Assembly: GCF_006345805.1 (NCBI RefSeq)
Contig: NC_043000.1
Span: forward strand, 90,582,001-90,646,000
Reading direction: 5' to 3'
Length of the DNA: 64,000 nucleotides
Source: Octopus sinensis
Taxonomy: Eukaryota
Position numbers and translations under genes: made by a program. This document shows, piece by piece, positions 14,336-28,390 of this stretch (position 1 is the first letter of the stretch; the number at the start of each line of letters is the position of its first letter). The notes under the pieces are model-generated. The model searched no databases. It saw only the letters and a program-made list of their open reading frames with translations, and was not told where the DNA came from.

Positions 14336-14355
14336 GATTTTGGATCCCTTTTCAT

Positions 14356-14390
<35 letters not shown>

Positions 14391-14724
14391 CACATATGGT
14401 TATGGTTGAACGGTTTCATCTTAGGCAGAGTTTAGCCATTGTGTATCAAGTTCGCATATCAGCAACTATCGTAAATGACAATATATATAATGGCTAGGTA
14501 TAAAATCACGACGAGAGATAGAGTAAGAACGTATACTAAGCAGTAAATCTTGGTTATTACTCCAATGAGCAAGTGCACGCGGCTGACGTGAGCCAACCAG
14601 CTCAAAACCGGGCGGTCCCGCGATCCCGTCAGCTACTGGAGGGTAGTATGACTTCGCTCCCCCTGCTAGCGACGTATTATATATAAGGGTGCAGACCTTC
14701 TTTAGCCTGGGGTGCCCGTGTTTC

Positions 14725-15394
14725 TCATTTCCCTACCCACTGTCTTCGGCGTTTCACATTTCTATAGAAAACCCATTTCTCGTCACCAGTCACTATTCCG
14801 CCCCAAAAAGGTTCATTCATGAAACGAGACAACAAAGAAGAGCACACATTCGCGTTCTGCGCGCGACTAGACTCGGAAAGGTTGTGAGGAACCAATTGAC
14901 CCAATTTGCTGACTTTTCCGATGGCACGAAGGTGTCGATGAATGGTTGAATGACCAAATCCAAGCTTCTTTGCTACTTCCTCAACAGTTACGATGAGATT
15001 TTGTTGCACCAGAGTTTGCAGGACGTCCTCGACGAGCTCAACAGATCTTCCAGGATGAGGCTCGTCTCCTAGGTTGAACTTTCCGCTCGTAATTTCTGGA
15101 ACCACCGTTGACACTAGCTTACGCTTATTGTCCGATGCCCATATACTGCATTAACACTTTCCCTCGCGTCGTTGACTTTATTGAACTCATAAAACAAAAT
15201 ATGTTACATATGCTTCTTTATCACTTACATTATCGCTCTGAAAAAATTAACTGCTAAAATCAAACTGCGCTCTTCAAAACATGCACTAAGAATAAGGACA
15301 CGGCAAAATTACTACCTTCAAGTAGTTTATCCCGCCCTACTCCGACTTTTAGCTTAAGCAATTAAAAAACCGCATTATTTATGGGATGACCCAA
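14725..15394 (-). pseudogene. 3'-truncated mariner transposase pseudogene with left TIR
   Basis: TIR TTGGGTCATCCCATAAATAATGCGG preceded by TA; translation contains DEPHPGR, STIHRHL, LVPHNL (WVPHEL motif) and IVTGDEKW (first catalytic Asp). Confidence 0.92.
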
Positions 15395-15959
15395 TACGTA
15401 TACATACGTGGGATAATATTACATATTATACTTTTTGGTTAGTATAAAAAAAATTATAGTTTATAAATTTAATAATTTAAAAATAAAAAAAAATTTAAAA
15501 AAGTATAAAAATATAATAATTTATAAATATAAATTTAAATATTTCAAATTTTAATAATTTAAATTTTATATTTTATATATATATTGTATATTATTTTATT
15601 TACTTATTTTATGTTTTGGTTTATGCCTATCACTGTTTGAGTTGCCTAATAGTGGTTTTATCTCTATTTAAATTTATATATATATATATATATATAATAT
15701 TAAATTTCTAAATCTCTCATAGAGACATGACGGTGGTGGGGCGATAGAATGGTTGTATACTGTAAATCTAACGTGAACGTAACAGTAGGGGGTTACACCA
15801 CCGCTGTTTAGCCCTACGAAGCATCGACGCCTCCTGATGGCTTTGACACATTTTTCCTGTGTTTTCCATACATAGAGTTGAAAAAGTCTCAATGACTGGA
15901 ACCGGTACTGAAATGTTTTTTATAAAATTATTTTAGCATTTTCTATCTTGACTTTTTCC

Positions 15960-15997
<38 letters not shown>

Positions 15998-16000
<3 letters not shown>

Positions 16001-16293
16001 CGCAGGTGTGACTGTGTGATAAGAAGCTTGCTTCCCAACCACATGGTTCCAGGTTCAGTCCCACTGCGTGGCCCCTCGGGTGAGTGTCTTCTACTATAGC
16101 TTCGGGTCGACTAAAGCTTTGTGAGTGGATTTGGTAGCCGGAAACTGAAGAAAGCCCGTCGTATGTACGTACATATGTATATGTTTGTGTGTCTGTGTTT
16201 GTCCCCCCACTATCACTTGATAACTGATGTTGGTGTGTTTACGACCTCGTAACTTAATGTTTCGGCAAAAGAGACCGATAGAATAAGTACTAG
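15998..16293 (+). mobile_element. SINE family A, 3'-truncated
   Basis: AGGCGCAGGTGTGACTGTGTGATAAG head, GGTTCAGTCCC B-box, family-A body. Confidence 0.9.
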
Positions 16294-16305
16294 ACTCTTA
16301 ACCAC

Positions 16306-16400
16306 GGGCATATGGCGTAGTGATTAAGAGCGAGGGCAATTAACCCCAAGATTCCGAATTCGATTCCAGGCAGTGCCCTGAATAATAATAATAATAATAA

Positions 16401-16459
<59 letters not shown>

Positions 16460-16625
16460 ATAATAATAATAATAATAATAATAATATCAAAAATACCTCT
16501 GAATGAGAGCCCAGGTTCGAATTTTCCCCAAGACACCTGATGAAGGCTGGAGGGTATATCAGCCGAAACGTTGTATTAACAACAAACAAGATGAGGACAA
16601 ATATCCGTCAAATGTAAATAATGTA
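16306..16625 (+). mobile_element. tRNA-headed SINE-like element with internal (AAT)n(AGT)n and a hammerhead-containing 3' part
   Basis: A-box TGGCGTAGTGA, B-box GAATTCGATTCC at 16306-16380; microsatellite 16381-16486; hammerhead 16532-16577. Confidence 0.7.
16532..16577 (+). ncRNA. Minimal type I hammerhead ribozyme
   Basis: GACAC-CTGATGA-A-GGCTG[GAGGGTATAT]CAGCC-GAAA-C-GTT-GTATT: canonical core, 5-bp helix II, palindromic AACGTT helix III, helix I with one mismatch. Confidence 0.8.
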
Positions 16626-17176
16626 TATATTCTGCTATTCTTCTATATGTTTCAGCCCATAGGCTGTGGCCATGCTGGAGCACCACCATGTAAACACCTT
16701 TTCAGTAGTCATTTAAAAAATTTTTAATCGGTTGAAAGTTTTAACAATGACTCCAAGGCTGAAAGTTTCGAGAACGAATGTTTGTATGCATACGATATGT
16801 AGATTCATCCCACGTATTCCAATGAGCATGAGTGCCGCGTGCGCGCGTGTATATTTGCGTATCTGTGTGTTCATACGAGTATGTGTGTTGTATCGAGGAA
16901 AAACAATTAGAAGAAAACGCGAAAAAATATTAAGCTAGAAGTGAAAGAACTACGACTGATGACGATAGCAATATATCAATATCAATATCAATATAGATAC
17001 ATACATACATATATATATATATGCATACATATATATCTATATACGTATATATATAATACACACTCAAACTTGCGCACACACACAAACACACACACATACG
17101 TACATATAAATGTGATAGTGTGTTTTTCCAATAAATATATATATATATATGTGTGTGTATATGTATATATATATGC

Positions 17177-17388
<212 letters not shown>

Positions 17389-18478
17389 CATACACGTGAT
17401 AGTAGGTCTTTCCAATCGCATAAAATGGCGGCTGCTCTCCTGTCAGTAGGACTTTGTGATAGTCTATCGGAACAAAAAACGAAGAAGCAAAACGAAAAAA
17501 AAAAAAAAAATTCAATTCTTCAGCAGGCTACGCCGCACCAAACCCCTCCATACCATGGCACTCTACACAACACCACGGTTTGCTACACTACGCCACACCA
17601 ACCACGGTTAAAGATTTACTATTTATCAGTAACACATAGAGCAATTTCGTCCTGGGTGCTTGGGAAGATCGTTAACGTTGATATGCCAAGGGGTGAGCTT
17701 TTTGTAAAAAGAGTTGTTTATCTCATAGAATTCGAAAACCAAATACACACACAAAGAAAACAGACACAACAAGAAATACATACATACATATATATATATT
17801 TATATATAGAGATATGTATGTACATATATACATATATACATGTATATACACATACACATAGAATGAAAGCAAACCGATAAAAGTTAACAACTACCTCATA
17901 AAGTGAACAGTGAAAAACGAAAACCAAGTAATAAAGACAAGAAGAGATGGATAGATAGATAGAGACAGATAGAGAGATAGATAGAGATAGATAGAGGGAG
18001 AAGTTGAGTGTGAGAGAGGGTGAGACAGGAATAGGCAGGTGGTGATGGAAGGAATGGTGAAGATGATATTGAAGTGTAGAGATTGGAGGCTTGGAGAAAA
18101 AAGTGGGGGAAAAATCCCCCTGAAAACTCATCAATTTTTCTTTTAATTTTCTTGATAAGTACAGAGAATCAATTTGATTGACTGTTTTGACATAACCTTG
18201 ACTTCCATTGGAAGGGGTGGCGCCATACCGTCTTACACACATATATACATATGCACATAGATTTACAAATACAGATACACAAACACACACACATACACAC
18301 ATATAATGACACACAAAACAAGGTTTCTTCTCTTTATGTCCTATGTCCTCTTCACGTAACGAATTAGAAAGCAGACAATTAGGTTTCCCTGCATACACAC
18401 ACAAGCGCACACATACAACTATATGATTATATATAAGTGCGTGTGTGCATATATCAACACACACATATGTGTGTATAT

Positions 18479-18515
<37 letters not shown>

Positions 18516-18727
18516 CTTATATATATATGTATATATAGGCCTATGTATGTTTATATGTGTGTATATAAGGAGGACAACATATAAGTTGTAGTATGAACTG
18601 AGAAAATGTGACGTAAACTGCAGTTTGCACACCGAAAGCCGAAAGATATGGAAACATAAAGGAAGGTCTTTCTCTAGTAGTGGGAGATTGCATATACATA
18701 CATGCCTACATACATACAGACATAATA

Positions 18728-18777
<50 letters not shown>

Positions 18778-19417
18778 GACACACACACACACACATATAC
18801 ATATATGTACATATATATATATGTATAATACATGTATAAATATGTATATGTACACACATATATATGCCTATATATGCACACGTATAAGTGTAGTATACGT
18901 GAATATATTTATGGGTGTATATATACACATATATATATATGCATATACATATATATACACATACGTATGTATGTATACATACATAGAAAGACTTACAAAC
19001 ACACGCACACACACACAAACACACACACACACACGCACATACATACATGTATATTTAGACATATGAAACGTTGATTCTTCAATCGTGAACTTATCTATCA
19101 TTCTAATAGTTTGCTGTTGAAGACGACTTTTTTTCTTCCTTGGCAGCTAAATTTTCTTTATACTTTTTCCTTTTGAATTTTTATCTATTCTCCTTCACTT
19201 CCACCCTCTCCATTTCTTCACACTGTTCTTTCTTCTTTCATAAAGACGGCGCATATCTGAAAGATAGGAGATGTTGGTGTTTGTTTTGGTGTCTTTAATT
19301 CTTGGTGACTTAAGTTTATGACATATTGTTGTAGATTGTACCGAGCGCCATCTTGAGGAGGAATATTGATTCAGATTGAAGCAGCTTCATCCATCACTAC
19401 TGTCGTTGCTGCTACTG

Positions 19418-19538
<121 letters not shown>

Positions 19539-19802
19539 AATTTTAGTTGTAGAAATCTATACTTAATCTTTTATCAATTATTGGACTGCAGCTATGCTGG
19601 GATACTGCCTCGAAGAGTTTAGTCGAATATACCGATACCAGTCCTTATTTTTAAACCTTGGTACTTATTTCATTATTTTCTTCTTGGCAAACAGCTAAAG
19701 ACGTTAACAAAGCAACACCAGTTGTCAAGCAGTAGTGGTGGACGATAACATATGCAATCCCATGGTCATTCATGACCGAAGGGGGTCTTTATATATATAT
19801 AT

Positions 19803-20100
19803 AGACCCCCTTCGGTCATGATTGGGATTGCACCTAGAAATTTCCTCTCCGAGCCACAAGTGTGCGGGCTAGGTTGTTTATGGAAGACCAGCAATCGACC
19901 ACTGATGTTATCCAAGGAAAAAGTAAATTATGATGCAACTTGGTATCAGTGACGTTGCAACTCATTTTCACAGGATAGAGAACTGGACCAACGTGGAATA
20001 AGGTGTCTTGCTCAAGAACACAACACACCGATTGGCCTGGGAATTGAACTCGCTACCACATGATTGTTAGCCCAAATGCTCTAACCACTGAGACATGTGC
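19803..20100 (-). mobile_element. tRNA-derived SINE family D
   Basis: Minus-strand head TGTCTCAGTGGTTAGAGC...GAGTTCAATTCCC, GTGTTCTTGAGCAAGACAC core, tail TCATGACCGAAGGGGGTCT. Confidence 0.8.
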
Positions 20101-20113
20101 TTTCACACACACA

Positions 20114-20152
<39 letters not shown>

Positions 20153-21819
20153 CTGTCTTCTTTCAGTTTCTGTCACCAAATGTATCCGTAAGGCTCTGGT
20201 GACGCAAGCGCCACGCAGTGTGACACAACCCGGAAACATGTGATTAAGAGGCAAACTTCTGACCATGTGTATCTTACAACTAGTTACTGAACCCGCATTA
20301 CAGTTTTTGTTTGTTTGGAATTTATTTGCTGATGTATGGCACTCGTTAGATAAAGTAGAAATATTGATTTCTGTCACCATTACAGAAGATGCAGCTCGAA
20401 TCATACAATGGCTGCAGTTGGAAATTCTGCATTACGGATTCCTCTTGATGACAAATAAATATCAAATTTGAATCACGTACGACATCGTTAAACGACTTGC
20501 TCGTTGTAAAGCAGTTTACTGTAAGTAAAACGACTCTGTAACCTAAAATTAATATAATCTAATGCAAAGTGGAGATGAGATGAAGTCAACCGAAAACTTA
20601 AAACGGTCACAAACGTTACGTGTTGAGACAGAGAAAGACTATTAGTTGCTAAGAGACATGTTGAAGAGTTTCGGTTCATTTAGCACTGATTAAACTGAAA
20701 GTTTTAGTAAAAGGCGTTTCTGAAACGTAAAATTTCGCATAATTTAAACAAAATAGAATCCTCTCATTTTTGTATCAAAATAAATATCAGAAACATAATT
20801 TATCAGAATATAATGATGAACCGAAGAACTATGTTTCAGATCTTCATGGTATTTGAGACCGAATAATTTTGTTTGATTTTACTGAAATACCTACATGTTT
20901 GAGGGTGCTTTAGAGCATGAAGAGGTTGTATCGTACTCTTAGCAGTAGTAATATAAGTTTTCTGAATAAGAATATTAAGAATACAAAATATAATTCAACT
21001 TTATTTTCATTCATCCCAAAACTTTCCATAATAATTTTTTGTTACGATCAGTAAAATTTAGAAAATGATTTCAAAGATGTATTTTACACAATTTGAATTT
21101 CGAAGGATAAATAATTTTTAATTATCCAGTTGTCAAGATTTTTAATTCTACATACATACTAGCTGAAGTTGATAACATCGTTGTAGAAAATTTGAGTGCC
21201 TATCGTTCTATTTGAATTTTCTATCCACTCTGTGTGTGTATGTGCGTGTGGAGTGTAAGAAGGTTGCGTATATGTATGTGTGTATTGTGTGAATTTGTTA
21301 TTATGTTTTAAAATCTGCTCTTACTTCACGTCACTTCGAGGAAATCATGAAGTTATCGAGAGAAGACAGACTACAACAATTTTCTTAACCATAATTATTT
21401 CTTCTTGTTATAAGGATTATATTATTTAGCATTAAAAATATCTTCAAAACTAGTGGCTTAGTCGGTAAAAATGTTAAGATTAGCTCTTGGGCCGTAAGGG
21501 GAAATGAATTCTGTTTCATGTAAAGCCGTTCTTTAATTTAAAATCTATTTAAAAGGCAAAGCATACTGGAAATAATCCTCATCTTCAAACACTTTTGTTA
21601 CCGCATTTCTATTGAAATACATCGCCTTTTTGAAATACATCAGTAAAAACAAATATTCTGTCTCAAATATCATGAAGTTCTACAGAGTTTAATAGAATAT
21701 AGTTATTCTTTCCATCATTATATTTCTGATAATTTTGAAATATTGAAGCATGTTGAGAATATTTATCATTATTAAGCACGAATCAATATGAAATTTTGAA
21801 AGGTTTTAATTTCAATCTG

Positions 21820-22165
21820 CTTCTCAGCCGCAAGGTTCTGGGTTCAGTCCAACTGCGTGGCAAGATGTTTTTTCTATAGCCTTGGGACGACCAAAGCCTT
21901 AGAGTGAATTTGGTAGAAGGAAAATGTAAGATGCTCGACGTATATGTATATATCTATGCTTGGGTGTCAACCGGTGTTGGTGTGTTTACATCTCTGTAAC
22001 CTAGCTGTTCGGCAAAAGAGATCGATCGAGTAAATATTAGGCTTCAAAATAAGTAATAAGTCCTGAGTGGTGGGGGAGGTCGATTCATTTGACTACAAAC
22101 TCCTCAAAGCGGTGCTCCAGCATTGCCGCAGTCTGAAACAAGCAAATGATTAAAATATAAAAGAT
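21820..22165 (+). mobile_element. Diverged SINE family A
   Basis: Family-A body and tail motifs. Confidence 0.8.
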
Positions 22166-22179
22166 ATTTTTCTTAAATA

Positions 22180-23880
22180 TATTGCCTTTGCTTCAATTAA
22201 TTTTGAAAATAATGAAGAATTTAGTATAAAGAAATGTCAGTATTGAACTGGTGTTTGGAACATAAATTAACATTAGAATTTGATGGAACGTTTTAAGATC
22301 ACTTTAAGAAGTAAGTTTGTCTCATCGAACAAGAGCCTGTTTTAGGCGGGTTGGGATCAAAAGGTTTAAATTTACACCTCCTTGTGCTTCTAGCTGAAGT
22401 AGAAACAACGATTCTTAGCAATTTCTTGATGTTCTTTCGCCTTTGAGACGATAAAGACATTGGCTCTTGTGTCAAACATGCGTTATGGAAATCGTTACAA
22501 ATATACTAGGTACATTATCGATTTTACAGACCAATGTAATGTGGTCAACAAAACAAATGATGTATTAAGAATTCTGTATTGAAATGCATGTAGTTTAAAA
22601 ACACGGAATGGCATAAAACTCTATTAAAAATGAAGGGCACAGATATAACCGAAGGGTTAGTGAATTCGAATCGTAATGAAATGATTCACAACTCATTGCG
22701 CAGGATCTCGATCAAATTTCTTCCAACAAAGCTTCGGAACGATCTGAGCCTTAGGAGCAGAATCGGGTGGAAAGAAACTATTAGACAAAGCGTTGTATGG
22801 ACTGGAGATGCAATTGAAAAGGACTGCAATGTTACAAATTCTGTTACGATGATTCTATCTCACGACTGCATTTACAGTTATTCTGAAGTATACTCAGCCA
22901 CTTATAATAAAAATGACTCTTCTAATATGACTTAAAGAGTAAATAGCTCTGCTGAATGAGAAGCAGTATTACTCACTACCGAAGCAGACGGAAGATGCAT
23001 TAGCTTTTATGAAAGTTTTAATGAATGCGTGCGAATAATAACCGGCAAACAGATTCAACTGTAACAGGATTCATCAATATTTAAAGGGCGGTAAATGTTG
23101 ACGAACAACAAATTGTCTTCCCGGGAAGATCAAATTGATTTAAACACTTTATCATAAGTAACCCCTATCCCACATCCTAACATTGTTTTTAAATCCCTTT
23201 TGATATAAACTCGTCTGAAAGCGCCCTTAGTGCTCTCATAAAAACTTGTTTTAAAGTGATATAAGTAAGAAAGTTTCATCAGAATTTCATGTCAAATGAG
23301 GTTCCAAAAACCAGATTAAATAATGACAAAATGATTTTCATAAGTTTTTTTAAAAAAATATTTTCAAATTTAATCGAAACAAAGGTCGATCTCCCTTAGA
23401 TATTTCATGTTAATATATGTTCCAAATAAGGCAGCGAGCTGGTATGAACGTTGGACACAATGCTTAGCGACATTTCATCTGTATTTATGTTCTGAGTTCG
23501 AATTCCACCGAGGTCGACTTTGCCTTTCATCCTTTCGAGGTCTATAAAATAAGTACTAGTTGAACGCTGAGGTCAATGTAACCAGCTTAATCCCTATACC
23601 AAAATTTCTGGCCTTGTACCGAAATTTGAAATCAATATATGTTCCAAGTACCAGCATAATAATGACAAAAAAATTTATTAAATTCTTCGTTATTTTCAAA
23701 ATTAATTGAAATAGTGTTAGTGCATTTCAACAGAACTATGGTAACAAAGGTATTAAAGTGATCTAAATTAAAAACTTCCTTCACAATTTTGCGTTAATAA
23801 ATGTTCTAAACATCAGTTCATTTAATTGAAGTCATTTAATTTAATTCTCCTTCATTTTCAAAATTAACAGAAACAAATGT
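22180..23880. mobile_element. Cluster of degenerate copies of an AT-rich MITE-like repeat, possibly piggyBac-type, in both orientations
   Basis: Motif TTCAATTAATTTTGAAAATAATGAAGAATTTA and its reverse complement recur at ~22190, ~23350, ~23690, ~23850; ends ATCAAAAGGTTTAA / TTAAATCCCTTTTGAT. Confidence 0.4.
23430..23632 (+). mobile_element. SINE family B
   Basis: GGCAGCGAGCTGG head, GAGTTCGAATTCC B-box, GAGGTCGACTTTGCCTTTCATCC domain. Confidence 0.85.
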
Positions 23881-24665
23881 ATTTTATTTCATCAGAATTA
23901 TCACACATCATCATTTCATCTTATTTCATTACCAATCTTTTACTGTTACATAGGATTTTATTTCCTGAGTATTCTATATGCAAAAAGCATTTTATTTCAA
24001 AGATTCTAGGAGAAACGTCTGGTACTCTTCTCTTGGTCATCATATGCTCTCCGGTAATAGTCACATACATACTATCGACATTAAGTCTTAACCGTAAATA
24101 GACGAAGAAACACGCGGTTGGAGGAAACTTTTTAGTGGGTTGACGTTCTAGTAAAGAGGAATGGTTGTAATATCCAATACACGAACTTGTGGCACATTAA
24201 GATTGATGGAAGAAGGAGTGACAGATGTGTAGATTAGGTTTAGGTGTGCGCTACTCATCGGGCGAGTTCTACCGACGCACTAACAGCGAAAACTATATTT
24301 AACTGAAAGATACATTGTGAAAATGTCTATTATTGCCATCGCTGTTGATTTTATATACGTTATTCTTGTTGTAATATAGAATATAGGCGCTGATGGGTGC
24401 TGTTTGTGGACTGTCTCCAAACTGGCCAGAACCATGAACGATATTCTATTGCAGAATTCCGGCTTTAAAGAGACTGATTGTTGTATACATGTTTATTTTA
24501 TTGGTGCAAACGCGACTCATGAAAATGCATGGCTATTTAAAAGTTATACAAACCATCTTCAAGTAAACAAAAACAAAACGACATTGATGAATGATTGGCA
24601 TGAAGATATTCCATACATATAAACATACATACATGCATGCATACATACATACATACATACATACA

Positions 24666-24701
<36 letters not shown>

Positions 24702-24864
24702 TACACACACACACGCATACACACACATATATATATATATTCACACATATGTGTGTGAATGTGTGTGAGTGTGTGTATGTATATATGCATGTGTGTATAA
24801 TAATATACATGTACACATGCATATATATACATATACATATACACATATACATATATATACATGC

Positions 24865-24917
<53 letters not shown>

Positions 24918-26510
24918 CATATATATATACATATGCATATATATTTATGCATATATAGGTATGCGCATTTATATATTTTATCTCTTCTATTAGTTCCAGC
25001 TAGTGAGCAGCGGCCATGCTGGGGCACCGTCTTTATATAGGCATTTGTACAATACATGCACATATATATGTATATATATTAATATATATGTGTATATATA
25101 TATATATAAATATATTTATATTTATATATATGTATCTATCTATATATATATATGTATATGTATGACTACACGGACAAGCACACACATATTTAATTATATT
25201 ACTAATTACCTGGACAAACAAGACATGTGATTTCGATTCTATACCATTGGTTTCACAGACATTTGAAACTCACTAAACTATTGGTCTCTTCATTTATGTG
25301 TATATATTTATCTGTAAGAGACGTAAGTTTATTTTCCTGTTGTGAAACACAAGCTGGTCACCAACAAAATAACGAAACTCTTTTTGTTGAAATCAAGACA
25401 GCACAAACACAAACAGACATATACACACATACATAATGGTGCCTGTGGGGGATAAACTTGCATTTATGTACAAGTCAGTTTAGTGCACATGTGTGTGTGT
25501 GTGTGTTTCATTATTGTGTTTGTCTCTGTGTGTTGATTCCATGTGTACATGTGTTAGTGTGCCAATATGATGCAAGCAGAACCTGGAACGCATTATAGCA
25601 TTAACTGCTTGTATAAGGAAAATACGAATCAACATTTATAGTCTTTTATAAAAATCTATAACTACATAGCCCAGTATAACTATGATAATAAGAACAAATG
25701 AAAATATATAGTCATATGTAAGAGCCGTAAGTTTCTCATGAGTTCTCAATAGATGTTCTCCTTCTTGATGAGATATGCGCATTCGTTGTTCAACCGATTA
25801 TATATAATAGCTTGGTGTTTGTTCCTAGACCCATTGAGTGCTATACGACCTAGTGAGTGTAATCCGACCTATTACAACAAGTTCTGTTTTTACTGAAATG
25901 TCCCATTAGTTTTTAAAAAATTTTTAACGATTTTTTTATTTTCTCGTTGTGGCATGGCATTGGTACGACCATCTTGTCACTCCTCCCCGCGAATAGCACT
26001 GCAGATAGATTTTTACGGACATTTTTAAACAAGTGCTGATGATATGGGTGATATGAATATCAATAGCCTGGTACACCCTGAAAGTTCAGAGGCTTCCTTA
26101 TCCCTCCTGTTGTTAAAATATTTTGTACCTACTCCTGTTATTAGATAGCAATGAAACACTAGATAGTAACTACCTCACACCTCACCATCTAGACGAGACG
26201 TGATGTATCTATCACAAGTCCAGGAGAGGCTACTGTGGACGTTAAATCACGTTGTATTTTTCTATGAGCCATATCTTGACAATTATAATGGTTTATGGTT
26301 TGGTCATAAAGCGACGCGTTCTGGATTAAGTCGATATGAAAATTTGACTGACTTTCATTTTATCGAACATGGAAAGATAGAAGGCAAAATTGATTGTGGT
26401 TGGAGTAGATCTCAAGTGTAAGCTAAATAGTTTTAGTCCACTGCTCTAGGGTTCTGAAATCACCATAATTTTTGGCATAAGTATTAATAACAACCCCATG
26501 CCATCCAAAC

Positions 26511-27699
26511 GTTTCCTATAAGCATGGTTAACTGGAAAATGTCTATCTATCAGTGCTAGGAAATATTTACCTATATTGAAGGCCACCTCGGGTGAGTAAG
26601 GGGGCGTAAAATTTCTAGCCTCTCATCTAATGAGGACATCTTCAATAGCGTTGCCCCAGTTTATAATAAAGCTTTAAAAGATAGTGGTTTTAGCGAAAAA
26701 ATAAAATATACACCTATCACCAGCCCAACAATAAGGAAAAGGAATAATAGAAATAGGAAGGTCATCTGGTTTACGCCCCCTTACTCACCCGAGGTGGCCT
26801 TCAATATAGGTAAATATTTCCTAGCACTGATAGATAGACATTTTCCAGTTAACCATGCTTATAGGAAACTCTTCAATAGACACAATTTAAAAATTAGTTT
26901 TAGTTCAACTACCAATTTTAAAAACATAATCAATCATAACATACAAAAAATACAGAAGAAAACAGCTGTTCATGCAGGAATAAAGAATTGTGCCCGCTAA
27001 ATGGAGCTTGCATGTCCAAGACCATCATATATGAAGCTACCGTAAACTCTATAACCACTAAAGACACCGTTTCGACGAAGAAATACGTGGGCCTTACAGA
27101 GGGTAATTTCAAGGCCAGGTGCAATAACCACACTTTGAGCTTTAGGCACTGGAACAAAAGAAAAGCGACACAATTATCCAATCATATTTGGTCTTTAAGA
27201 GATAAAGGTGTCGATTATAACATACAATGGAAGATTTTGGCCAGATGTAAGCCCTATACCAACGGCAGCGGAAGGTGCGGTTTATGCGACATGGAGAGAT
27301 GGCTTATCTGGAAAAGCAGCTTAGACCCTACCACATGTCTAAATACAAGGACAGAGCTTTTCGGATCATGCCCACATGTGACTAAATTTCTGTTACGTTT
27401 TTGGTCCCCTAAAGAAAACGGATAGAACATGCTTTCTGTGTAATGTCCCAAGAAGATTTTATATATTTTTATATATTTTTATATATTTTTATGTATTTTT
27501 ATATAATTTTTATGACGAAAAATGCGAGCGATGTATAAGTACACAGGCAAAGCAGAGTTATAACAGAGTAATTTCCCTTCATTTTTAACGGTATTTTTTC
27601 ATAACGTTTTCAAATAGCCAGATAACCGAAGAGATGGTGTTGTGGATTTCCACTTCGGCATCTGAAACTCAGAGTTTTATCTTGACTCAGAGTTTTATC
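26511..27699 (+). mobile_element. 5'-truncated Penelope-like retroelement (Neptune-like): post-RT linker, GIY-YIG endonuclease and 3' pLTR
   Basis: 26611-27425 reads ISSLSSNEDIFNS...RKVIWFTPPYS...FNRHNLKISFS, frameshift, CSCRNKELCPLNGAC..IIYEATV...KKYVGLTEGNFKAR...CGLCDMER...LNTRTELFGSCPH; 100-bp inverted duplication at the 5' end; hammerhead at the 3' end. Confidence 0.92.
27620..27682 (+). ncRNA. Type I hammerhead ribozyme (U4C variant) in the Penelope 3' pLTR
   Basis: AGATAA-CCGAAGA-GATG[..GTGG ATTT CCAC..]CATC-T-GAAA-CTC-A-GAG-TT-TTATCT: 6-bp helix I, near-palindromic helix III AACTCAGAGTT, GUU triplet. Confidence 0.78.
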
Positions 27700-27719
27700 A
27701 TACATACATATATAAATAT

Positions 27720-27783
<64 letters not shown>

Positions 27784-28326
27784 CTACATATTAGTATATA
27801 AATATGGAAATATATAAATGTACATATATATCATCGTATATATATCAAGGGCTGTATGTAGGTGTATGTGCATTTATGAAAATACATATATATTACTTAT
27901 ACACACACGCACACACACACACATTCACACGCATTTACATGCATACGCACGCACACATATGCTCGCATATACTAGATTTAACAGAACATATGTAGAGGTA
28001 TATATTTACGTAACTACATATACACCCTGTTTCACATAAGCACTCACTTGTACGTCGATGCGCATTTAAATACACACGCATATAACCCTATCGAAAGAAC
28101 ATTGAAGATATGACTAATATATATGAACTATTAGAAATGTAAGCTGTTTCTAACGATCGCACGCATACTTACATACATGTAAATATGAATTATGAATTTA
28201 TGTATGTATGAATATGTGTATGCATATATATGCTCAAAAACATATACATTCATGTGTGTATGTGTATGTGTGAGTGTGAGTGTGTGAGTGTGTGTTTGTG
28301 TGCATTGATACATTTATATATATATG

Positions 28327-28390
<64 letters not shown>

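Noticed and set aside
15420-15700. Extremely AT-rich tract suggesting a mitochondrial insertion
   Set aside because: No recognisable mitochondrial gene, tRNA or rRNA sequence
15830-15912. CTGATG-GCTTT...AAAGTC...GGAACCGGTA resembling a hammerhead
   Set aside because: Core incomplete and no helix I pairing; may be a decayed copy but is unsupported
17889-17898. Reverse-complement TGAGGTAGTT (let-7-like seed)
   Set aside because: Match limited to the seed region; no hairpin
19175-19257. Possible minus-strand terminal exon (MRRLYEKRKKEQCEEMERVEVKENR*)
   Set aside because: Low-complexity purine-rich frame with only an acceptor-like signal and no homology
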